Source of the DNA: a candidate division WOR-3 bacterium
GTDB lineage: Bacteria; Hydrothermota; Tepidihabitantia; Tepidihabitantales; JAOUPE01
Direction: 5' to 3'
Length of the DNA: 26,666 nucleotides
Assembly: GCA_039801565.1 (NCBI GenBank)
Contig: JBDRUX010000023.1
Span: forward strand, 1 to 26,666
The notes beneath the pieces are model-generated. The model was not told the origin of the DNA. It saw only the letters and a list, made by a program, of their open reading frames with translations, and made no database searches. Position 1 is the stretch's first letter. Each line of letters begins with the position of its first letter. A program made the translations under genes and the position numbers. Of this stretch, positions 1 to 6,600 are shown in pieces.

Positions 1-326
1 TTTCGATTGGGAAGATTAATCAAGAACGTGGGGAACTTCATTATTTTTCGGCAAAGGACTGTGGTGGATGTGGGCATTATGGGGGTTGTGTTTCGGCTGG
101 TGAGATAAGGAAGAGGGTGTATATATCGGAGTGCAAGCGGTTGCGGGAGGTAGAATACAAGAGGGGTGTTGGTATTCGCCGAGTGATTGAGCGGGTGATT
201 GGGTGGTTAAAGCGGTGGTAGGGGTTAAGTCGAGCTCGGTATATTGGGCTTGGCAAGATGTTGATTCAGGCTATAATGGCGGTGATACCGCTTGATTTAA
301 AGACGATGCTAAAGGGTGTGGGTTAA
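1..326 (+). pseudogene. IS1182-like DDE transposase, C-terminal fragment with in-frame stop
   Basis: Frame from nt 3 reads ...FSAKDCGGCGHYGGC...YKRGVGIRRVIERVIGWLKRW*GLSRARYIGLGKMLIQAIMAVIPLDLKTM...; it has CxxC...C and Y..R..IE...G..K...G..R.RY.G motifs typical of IS1182/IS5-type C-termini. Premature TAG at 219-221, final TAA at 324-326. Confidence 0.75.
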
Positions 327-463
327 TAAAAGGTTTTTGGGTTAAACTGGAGTAAGGGCAGGAGAGAAATAATGGGAAAACGGGCTAACGAATCTACCTC
401 ACGCTGTATGAGAATAATAGACGAAACCATCACAAATTCAAAGCCCACTTTTTCAGAGTTCTC
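1..463 (+). mobile_element. Right end of IS1182-like element, putative terminal inverted repeat ACTTTTTCAGAGTTCTC at 447-463
   Basis: Transposase remnant followed by a motif resembling IS1182-type right ends; the left end lies outside the window, so the inverted repeat pairing cannot be verified. Confidence 0.5.
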
Positions 464-658
464 ATATAACCAAGAAAAACTTTATGCCCCAAAAAGACCT
501 AATTATCACCTGGCAATAAAAATTGTAGCTAAAATGGATTTGCTTGGTTTAAAAATATGGCTTGAGTTCTAATTAGTGCTTGCCAATTCAACGAACAATC
601 TTTTAAATTATCTTAAAGCCACCTGCCTATGAGTCAGGACAAGTTTTGTGCCCGAAAA

Positions 659-676
659 GTTGAAATATATTTCAAC
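659..676. promoter_or_regulatory. Perfect 18-bp palindrome GTTGAAATATATTTCAAC, possible protein-binding site
   Basis: Seen directly in non-coding DNA about 70 nt upstream of the 12-bp array; function unknown. Confidence 0.35.
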
Positions 677-747
677 CTAAAAATGACCGATTTTTTCGTC
701 TATCATGTTAGTCGTCCGTCGGTTACGCCAATTTTCCATTTGGGAGG

Positions 748-975
748 GGGTATCGTATAGGGGGTGACCCCGTAGGCAGTCCCCTAACCAGCCCAGTAGG
801 TTGCTTCCTAAGTTGCTTGGTAGGTTGCTTTAGGGGTTGGTTAGTAAGCAGGTTGGGGAGCAGGCTGGTAGGCAACTTCGGCAGTGACCCCGTAACCTAC
901 TTAGGAGGCAACCTCGGGAGCAAGTTCGGGAGTTATCCCGTAGGCTACCTCGGAAGCTGGCTCGGGAGCTGGTAA
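748..975. repeat. Degenerate 12-bp tandem repeat array (~19 units, e.g. GTAGGTTGCTTC, GGGAGCAGGCTG, GTAGGCAACTTC, GGGAGCAAGTTC, GGAAGCTGGCTC)
   Basis: Exact 12-nt register 748/760/772/784/796...964; GC-rich compared with the flanks. Confidence 0.8.
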
Positions 976-1056
976 GTAGAGGCACAATCCTGTCGGTAAA
1001 ATTACGAGTTTGACCAGTCTAAACACCATCTAACTATGGAAACCAGGTTTCGATAG

Positions 1057-1092
1057 GGAAGCTACTTCGGGAGCAGGTTCGTAAGCTGGCTT
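1057..1092. repeat. Second cluster (3 units) of the same 12-bp repeat
   Basis: GGAAGCTACTTC GGGAGCAGGTTC GTAAGCTGGCTT, matching units of the 748-975 array. Confidence 0.7.
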
Positions 1093-1666
1093 CCTATAAA
1101 TCCAAACTATTCCTGATCCCTGTCAGAACAAGCTTTGGAAATAAGTAAGAATTTATAAGGCTATTCACTCGAATCCCGACTTCAGTGACGCCTGCTTCCA
1201 AGGTTAACTCCCTGCTTTGGCAGAGCGACTGGAACATTTTATAATTAAATGTGGGAATTGCACCAAGAATCAGCGTTGACTCAAAAGTCCTTTGGGCGTT
1301 TATTGGGGCGGTTCATTCGGCAATAAGGTATTTAATTTATATTAATTTGGGGCAGTATTATGAATTGGAGTAGTAGAAGGAGGCGACGATTGTTGTTACG
1401 ACGCGAATAGTTTGTTGGATTTTAAAAGATAGCTAAGAATATAAAGAACCTCGATACTACTCACAATTTTTTAACCAAGAGGGTCAGGTAAAACAATAGG
1501 TTATTGGGGTTTCAATATTGGTAAAATATCTGGTAGCACCAAAAGAAGACCAAATCAAAGCCTTATAGTATTCTTTTATGACCGAACTGAATTATAAACC
1601 GGGAGTATAAACGGTAATTTGAAAATTTAATTTTTCGCTTTTGGAGTAATATTTTTTTAATTCTTT

Positions 1667-3157
1667 TTATCCTAAAGAATCCCGAATTTCCGCTTTTAGA
1701 TTGCTAAACTGACGAAGCCAAGCAATTCTTTCCTTTTTTAGCAATTGGACTCGTCTCTTATACTCCTCAGAAGTATAATAATTAAGCGGATTAAATCGTT
1801 CCATATTAATTCCTGGAATTGCTTTCGGTATTAAGTAATTCCAATCCGGGTCGACTTGCCATTCAATGTCGCCGCGAACAATCTCTTTAATTATAGTTGT
1901 AGTATCTAACACAGTTATTTTCTCACCACTTTCACCGCCAATCCTACCGGTATTAATTACATAAACTTCCATATCTTTATGTTTTGAAAGAATTGATAAA
2001 AAGCGATTACCTTCTTCATCTTCAGGACCAATGATGAAAGGGTTCGTACCGACTACCCGTTTTGATTTACCAGCTTGGGTTGGGTCGCCGGCCGAAGTTT
2101 CAACCGATTCGCCCAACATAAAGAATGCTGCTCCTTGTTCAGCGGTAAGTTTAGCAACCGGTGGGACAATATCGTTACGGCGAAAAATGAAGAGAAAAAT
2201 GTCAACAAACGGCAAATCAATTGAGTTGTCAGTGAAATCCATTTCCTTTCGCATCACTACCGCTCGACCATTTGAGGTATAGGTATAATTCAAAAAATCA
2301 ACTTTACCATCTGGTTCAACCCAGATATTTTCTAATATGGCATTAGGGCTGGTGACCGCTCGATAAAGCAAAGGGTCAGACTTCTCGGATATACCCTCGG
2401 TCTTCATATAGAAATTATCTTCAGTGCCAATCGCATAGCCGTCGTCTTTAAGAAATACTACATCATCTTGTCTAATTACCACTCCTTCTGGTGGTTCTAA
2501 GTAATGATGGTGGCAGGTTAAAGTTGTTTTGCCAGTACCCGAAAGCCCAAACATTAAAACGCCTTTTTCTAAAAGCGTGTTGCCTTTTTTAACTCGGATA
2601 ATTTTGCTCCCAGCATGCAACCCAAGCCAGCCTCTTTGTTTGGCGATATACATCGCTAACCGAAGATTGGCTTTTTTAATTTCCCCAGTATAATCGGAAC
2701 CAAAAACAAAAGTCTTTTTTGCTCTTGGTGATACCAAAACTTTTCTCTCCGGCCACTCAGGAATTGAGATACCTGTAATATCAGGATCTTTTTTCTGCGT
2801 TGGCTCAAATAAGGTTTGGTGCCACATATAGGCGTTACGGGCATAATCTTCGGTAACATAATAACGGCAAAGTAAATCAATCTCAGGAGAGAGGCACATT
2901 TTCCTTTCCACCATTATCATTCTTTTTGTCTTTAGGTAATCTAATGCCTGGCGGATTAAACTTTCTTCCTCTCTGGTTGGCTCGTCATAGATTATTTTAG
3001 TGAACTTAGCGCTACGCGAGCGAACCTTTGTCACATAAGAAGCACTGCCGAATTCCGTGGTTATTTCATCCTTTTTTGCCAATTTTCTTAATTCTTCTTT
3101 GGTTAAATCCTTTAAGATTTCTTTCGGTCTTATTTCTTCATCAAAGATATTTGACAT
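1667..3157 (-). CDS. pckA: Phosphoenolpyruvate carboxykinase (ATP) family
   Basis: 496 aa; DYTGEIKK, LHAGS, P-loop FGLSGTGKTTL, QDD, E..FYMKT, NGRA and NTG motifs of ATP-PEPCK. Confidence 0.9.
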   Translation of the reverse strand: MSNIFDEEIRPKEILKDLTKEELRKLAKKDEITTEFGSASYVTKVRSRSAKFTKIIYDEPTREEESLIRQALDYLKTKRMIMVERKMCLSPEIDLLCRYYVTEDYARNAYMWHQTLFEPTQKKDPDITGISIPEWPERKVLVSPRAKKTFVFGSDYTGEIKKANLRLAMYIAKQRGWLGLHAGSKIIRVKKGNTLLEKGVLMFGLSGTGKTTLTCHHHYLEPPEGVVIRQDDVVFLKDDGYAIGTEDNFYMKTEGISEKSDPLLYRAVTSPNAILENIWVEPDGKVDFLNYTYTSNGRAVVMRKEMDFTDNSIDLPFVDIFLFIFRRNDIVPPVAKLTAEQGAAFFMLGESVETSAGDPTQAGKSKRVVGTNPFIIGPEDEEGNRFLSILSKHKDMEVYVINTGRIGGESGEKITVLDTTTIIKEIVRGDIEWQVDPDWNYLIPKAIPGINMERFNPLNYYTSEEYKRRVQLLKKERIAWLRQFSNLKAEIRDSLG

Positions 3158-3165
3158 AGTCTTTT

Positions 3166-3194
3166 ATTATAATTAAAATTAGACTGAATTACAA
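3166..3194 (-). promoter_or_regulatory. Sigma70-type promoter for pckA (TTGTAA-17-TATAAT), likely leaderless
   Basis: -10 at 3171-3166, -35 at 3194-3189, only 8 nt to the ATG and no SD. Inverted repeat TTAGACT-N8-AGTCTAA (3179-3200) overlaps the -35. Confidence 0.6.
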
Positions 3195-3510
3195 GTCTAA
3201 AATAACACATTGCAAGAACATCTTATTATTCTTGGAGAGAATTTGTTGAAAGCATTTTGTTTCGATATCTAATGAAATCAATGAGTTGCAAAACCTTGAA
3301 ACAACAGGAACAATCAGAAAGCTCAGTTCATCAAGAAAACCTTTGAGATAGCAGTGGATATGAAAATGTAGCGATACGATTTATCCCACAACATATAGAA
3401 AGTATGATAAATCTTTCGGCTTAAGAAATCTAATCTCTTTTTGAATTCAGTATAGTCAAATTCTTTAACGTTTGCCGGCAGCCAATGCTGTTAACCCTAC
3501 TTATTTACGA

Positions 3511-3585
3511 GTGTTTCATATGACGGTTTCGGTGTAGCCGAAATTTGGACGAAGGAAGTGAGCCTTATATGTTGGTGTTAAATGA
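3511..3585. repeat. Degenerate attC-like repeat copy A
   Basis: 3511-3544 matches 5013-5046 at 25/34 nt (core ACGGTWTCGGTGT...CGAA); ends in GTTAAAT (GTTRRRY); lies just downstream of the AlkD-like gene. Confidence 0.45.
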
Positions 3586-3637
3586 CCCAGTTAGGGGCAA
3601 GGAGCAAAGCACTGCCGAGTGCCCAAACCTGCCCATA

Positions 3638-4333
3638 TTATTTACCTCTTTCTTTCAATCTTTTTTGAATTGCATCACTGGTTAATTCCTTGATTGCATC
3701 ATAAGCAACCCATTTAGCACTTTTCGATTCTATCTTTTGAATCTCTTTTGCCGTTTCAATTGCCTTCGTATTCAAGACAATATTTCGTTTCCCAATCTGT
3801 CTTAATGCCCAGTTTACAGCTTTTTTAACAAGGATTCTGTCATCGGTAGATTCTCTTTTTATAATTGGAAAGAATACTTCAAATTGCTCATCTTTTGCTT
3901 TCTTATCTTTAAAAGCTAACCAAGCTATTAAAGCAAAACCAGCCCTTTTAACGAATTCTTCATCTCTTTTGCTCCATTCTATGGCTTTTTGATAAGCAAA
4001 TTTAGTGTCGGTAAAAAGATTTTGACACACTTGGTCACAGATTTCCCAATAATCAAACTCCTTTACCCATTTCTCCATTTGTTTTTCGGTCACCAATACA
4101 GGGTCATCAATCATACTCGCAAGTATTCGAGTTTCTCGTATATTTGATTCCCAAAGTCGTTGAGCAAGTTTATGGTCTTTTCCTATTTCTTTAGCAATCT
4201 TCCTTACATTCGGAATTGACACACCATAAGCTCTCTCAGCGGTAATCCCGTATTTAGCCATCCCTTCGACCGCTTTTGGGTTTGATAAGGATTTCAGTCT
4301 TTTTAAGATTTCATCATATTGCATCTTTCTCAT
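3638..4333 (-). CDS. DNA alkylation repair protein (AlkD-like HEAT family)
   Basis: 231 aa; YGVSIP..R.IAK, WEICD, FVKRAGF, VKKAVNWALRQIGKRN motifs; ATGA overlap with the upstream gene. Confidence 0.85.
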   Translation of the reverse strand: MRKMQYDEILKRLKSLSNPKAVEGMAKYGITAERAYGVSIPNVRKIAKEIGKDHKLAQRLWESNIRETRILASMIDDPVLVTEKQMEKWVKEFDYWEICDQVCQNLFTDTKFAYQKAIEWSKRDEEFVKRAGFALIAWLAFKDKKAKDEQFEVFFPIIKRESTDDRILVKKAVNWALRQIGKRNIVLNTKAIETAKEIQKIESKSAKWVAYDAIKELTSDAIQKRLKERGK

Positions 4334-4944
4334 CTTTTTTCTTTTACCGGTTGTTTTAAAATAGTCTTCATCTTGTCTGGGAGAATCTTTCGTGGGTCAG
4401 AAAGATAGATTTCATGGTGAAGTCCATTTTCCACAAGATTTTTCTCTGCCATCAATTTTCGCATTTTTGCTAACGACTCCGGCTCTGTTGAATATGGTCC
4501 GATATGCAAGACTTGAATGGATTTGCTTTCTTTAATCTTTTCAAACTTGATTTCCTTAATCAGTTCAATTCCTTTCTTTTTGAAGACCTCTTCCTCTGCT
4601 TTTTCTACCATCTCCGGAGTAACAAAATTAGGCATACGAATAAGAAGTTTCCATCGCCATTCTCCCCGAGAAATTTCTGTATATGGTTTATCAGAATCTA
4701 CTCACCATAATCCCTCTAATTTGGGAACTGCAAAATCTTTACCCTGCTTTTTACAAATATTTTTAACTCCATAAGCAAGAGGATACAGGGCTTCAACCGC
4801 TTCTGTAAAAGCTTCTCCGGCTGGTTCACCTTTACCTTCAATAGTCAAAAATGGTATTTCACCAAATTCAACTATTTCAGGGACCATTTTTGCTGTGTAG
4901 TAGGTTTTGTATTCTCTTATTAGGTCAAGTTTTGCTTGCTTCAT
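4330..4944 (-). pseudogene. GyrI-like small-molecule binding domain protein interrupted by in-frame TGA (4702-4704)
   Basis: ORFs 4702..4944 and 4330..4635 are in the same frame; read-through gives ...PKLEGLW*VDSDKPYTEISRGEWRWKLLIRMP...HIGPYSTEP...HHEIYLSDPR, 204 aa in total. Confidence 0.85.
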
Positions 4945-5012
4945 AGTTTTCCCTCCATGTTTATAGTTTTAAATAAATTTATAAAACTTTCTTTTTCCAA
5001 AGACGGGCTTAG

Positions 5013-5081
5013 GTATTTCACTTAACGGTATCGGTGTTTGCGAAGTGCCGAAGCATTTTGCCCGAAGTGGCTATTAAATGG
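5013..5081. repeat. Degenerate attC-like repeat copy B
   Basis: ACTTAAC (RYYYAAC) at 5020-5026, core shared with copy A, ends ATTAAATG; located between the HEAT gene stop and the GyrI-like start. Confidence 0.45.
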
Positions 5082-5118
5082 TTCTGTTTTTATTTCCATT
5101 TTTACACAGCCTTTATAA

Positions 5119-5640
5119 TTATTCTGCTTTCTCAATAATCTTCAAAGCCTTAAGATAGATATTCTTTACACCTTTATTGTTTTCTTTCTTCAATATCTCA
5201 GAAAATTTAGGGAGTAGTTCTTTTTGTAGTTTGGGATTACTTTTAGCAATTTCCGTTAGAGCAAAAGCCGCGCTCCATCTTACAACTGTGCCTTTATCCT
5301 TTGTATTCTTAAGAAGTTTAGGGATTGCTTCTTTAATTTTATCTGGATATTTTTTAGCAACATTACCTATTATTCTACTGGCTTCCCACTTTGCTCTCGG
5401 AGCTTTATAGTTTATGTGCTTGATAACAAACTCAAGGCAATATTTTCCAAATTCTGGATTTTCTTTCGTAACATATTCCAATGCTTCCATTAAGTAGCCT
5501 TTTTCAGAATCAGAAACTTTATCAAAACAATCTATGAGTTCGTTTATGGCACTTTTTTCTTCATTTAAGGTTTTTGCTAAAAGAGTCAACTTTTGTTTTG
5601 GTTTTTCTTTTGACTTAAGTATTTCTTGTATTGTTGACAT
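5119..5640 (-). CDS. HEAT repeat domain protein
   Basis: 173 aa, helical; RAKWEASRIIGN and VVRWSAAFALTEIA HEAT-like repeats; SD GAGG upstream. Confidence 0.8.
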   Translation of the reverse strand: MSTIQEILKSKEKPKQKLTLLAKTLNEEKSAINELIDCFDKVSDSEKGYLMEALEYVTKENPEFGKYCLEFVIKHINYKAPRAKWEASRIIGNVAKKYPDKIKEAIPKLLKNTKDKGTVVRWSAAFALTEIAKSNPKLQKELLPKFSEILKKENNKGVKNIYLKALKIIEKAE

Positions 5641-5743
5641 TTTATTTACCTCTATTATATAGCATTATTTCTTTTTCCCTTTTAGTTATTAAACCAATTT
5701 CCCAACAGCTGGGCCCTCGCAGGTTTAAGAACAGACACTATAA

Positions 5744-5817
5744 CGCGCCCGGCGCGACTCGAACGCGCAGCCTACGGGTTCGAAGCCCGGCGCTCTGTCC
5801 AATTGAGCTACGGGCGC
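5744..5817 (-). tRNA. tRNA-Arg (anticodon UCG)
   Basis: GCGCCCG acceptor stem, AGCTCAATTGGACAGAGC D-arm, CT-TCG-AA loop, GCGCG-TTCGAGT-CGCGC T-arm; CCA not encoded. Confidence 0.93.
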
Positions 5818-5819
5818 AA

Positions 5820-5869
5820 GGTGAGTGAGGGGGTTGATTCGATACTTCGCCAACGACCCGAAACTCACC
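5820..5869 (-). repeat. Mini tRNA-His remnant with foreign internal hairpin
   Basis: Minus strand GGTGAGT-TTCGGGTCGTTGGCGAAGTATCGAA-TCAACCCCCTCACTCACC: His-type 5' and 3' acceptor strands and 3' half of the T-arm are kept, D and anticodon arms are absent. Confidence 0.7.
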
Positions 5870-5872
5870 AAA

Positions 5873-5947
5873 GGTGAGTGAGGGGAGTTGAACCCCCAAC
5901 CACCTGAGCCACAGTCAGGTGCTCTAACCAATTGAGCTACACTCACC
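5873..5947 (-). tRNA. tRNA-His (GUG), intact
   Basis: G-1 plus GTGAGTG/CACTCAC stem, C73, CCTGA-CTGTGGC-TCAGG anticodon arm, GGGGG-TTCAACT-CCCCT T-arm. Confidence 0.93.
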
Positions 5948-6187
5948 ATTTTGAATTTTACTCTTAAGCCAGATTCTACCCGCCCAAGACTTAAGAAATA
6001 GTTCTCTTCTTCGTGCCTCTAATTCTGTATCATAATTTTCAGAATAAACTAATTTAAACGGTCGCCGAGTTCTCGTTGCTTTCACCTTTCCGGTATTATG
6101 TCTTGCCATCCGTTTTTCTAAATTAGACGAAAAGCCGATATAGAGTTTATTATCTTTTAGACTTCGTAAAACATAAACGCTATACAT
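5924..6187 (-). CDS. GIY-YIG nuclease family protein (small, UPF0213-like)
   Basis: 87 aa from ATG 6187: MYSVYVLRS...LYIGFSSNLEKRMARHN...LVYSE...EARRRELFLKS; Tyr, Arg, His and Glu catalytic-type residues intact; last 24 nt overlap tRNA-His. Confidence 0.9.
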   Translation of the reverse strand: MYSVYVLRSLKDNKLYIGFSSNLEKRMARHNTGKVKATRTRRPFKLVYSENYDTELEARRRELFLKSWAGRIWLKSKIQNGECSSIG

Positions 6188-6198
6188 AGTTTCTCTAA

Positions 6199-6269
6199 GG
6201 TGAGTGACCCGAATCGGGCAACCACCTGAGCCACAGTCAGGTGCTCTAACCAATTAAGCTACACTCACC
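6199..6269 (-). tRNA. tRNA-His-like duplicate with replaced T-arm (pseudo-tRNA or atypical tRNA)
   Basis: Identical to 5873-5947 except one D-arm base and T-arm GCCCG-ATT-CGGGT instead of GGGGG-TTCAACT-CCCCT. Confidence 0.75.
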
Positions 6270-6286
6270 AGACAACTCAGTGCGTT

Positions 6287-6353
6287 GTGGCTTGCGATTA
6301 GGGGCTGATGGAAAGATCTTTACATCAATCACTAACCACCAATCGCCAGCCAC
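6287..6353. repeat. Imperfect hairpin built from 7-nt periodic units between tRNA genes
   Basis: Left arm GTGGCTT/GCGATTA/GGGGCTG, right arm ATCAATC/ACTAACC/ACCAATC/GCCAGCC-AC; outer stem GTGGCT..GCGATT / AATCGC..AGCCAC. Confidence 0.5.
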
Positions 6354-6361
6354 TGCCTTAT

Positions 6362-6435
6362 CGCGCCTGGAGGGATTCGAACCCCCGGCCAACGGATTAG
6401 AAATCCGTTGCTCTATCCAACTGAGCTACAGGCGC
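6362..6435 (-). tRNA. tRNA-Arg (anticodon UCU)
   Basis: GCGCCTG acceptor, ACGGA-TTTCTAA-TCCGT anticodon arm, GGGGG-TTCGAAT-CCCTC T-arm. Confidence 0.95.
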
Positions 6436-6449
6436 AACCGTACTAAATT

Positions 6450-6477
6450 ACTTTACCTAACTTTACCGGAAAGTCAA
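6450..6477 (-). promoter_or_regulatory. Probable promoter of the tRNA cluster (TTGACT-16-TAAAGT)
   Basis: Hexamers at 6477-6472 and 6455-6450, about 14 nt before tRNA-Arg(UCU). Confidence 0.5.
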
Positions 6478-6544
6478 TATTTGACCCAAAAGCTGTTACG
6501 GAATCAATCGCCCCCGGCGGTCGGCCCCCGGCCGCACCGAATGG

Positions 6545-6574
6545 TTGACATTTGTCACAGTTTTGCTGTATACT
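6545..6574 (+). promoter_or_regulatory. Promoter TTGACA-18-TATACT for the lipoprotein operon
   Basis: Near-consensus hexamers; palindrome TGACA-TT-TGTCA (6546-6557) overlaps the -35; SD AGGAGG before ATG 6601. Confidence 0.55.
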
Positions 6575-6600
6575 TGGTGGCGTTTAAACAAGGAGGCATT

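Noticed and set aside
219..221. Pyrrolysine or amber read-through in the transposase
   Set aside because: No pyl genes in the window; a nonsense mutation in a decaying IS is simpler.
372..572. 66-aa ORF
   Set aside because: It spans the putative IS end and has no recognisable motif; probably spurious.
748..975. CRISPR array
   Set aside because: Units are 12 nt, contiguous and degenerate; there is no repeat-spacer alternation and no cas gene.
3320..3490. Minus-strand open stretch HWLPANVKEFDYTEFKKRLDFLSRKIYHTFYMLWDK...
   Set aside because: It looks like a gene fragment but has no usable start and the family cannot be assigned by eye.
4702..4704. Genome-wide UGA recoding (Trp or Sec)
   Set aside because: TGA is used as a true stop in several intact genes (thiC, smpB, GWxTD, rlmN); no SECIS-type evidence was identified, and the position corresponds to Trp.
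3158..5743. Classical tRNA-integrated genomic island
   Set aside because: No integrase, and no direct repeat of the tRNA-Arg(UCG) 3' end was found at the far side.
5631..6253. ORFs 5631..5828, 5725..5949 and the 6188..6253 extension
   Set aside because: These are shadows of tRNA sequences.
6280..6600. N-terminal part of ORF 6280..7839
   Set aside because: It is antisense to tRNA-Arg(UCU); the promoter, SD and signal peptide point to ATG 6601.
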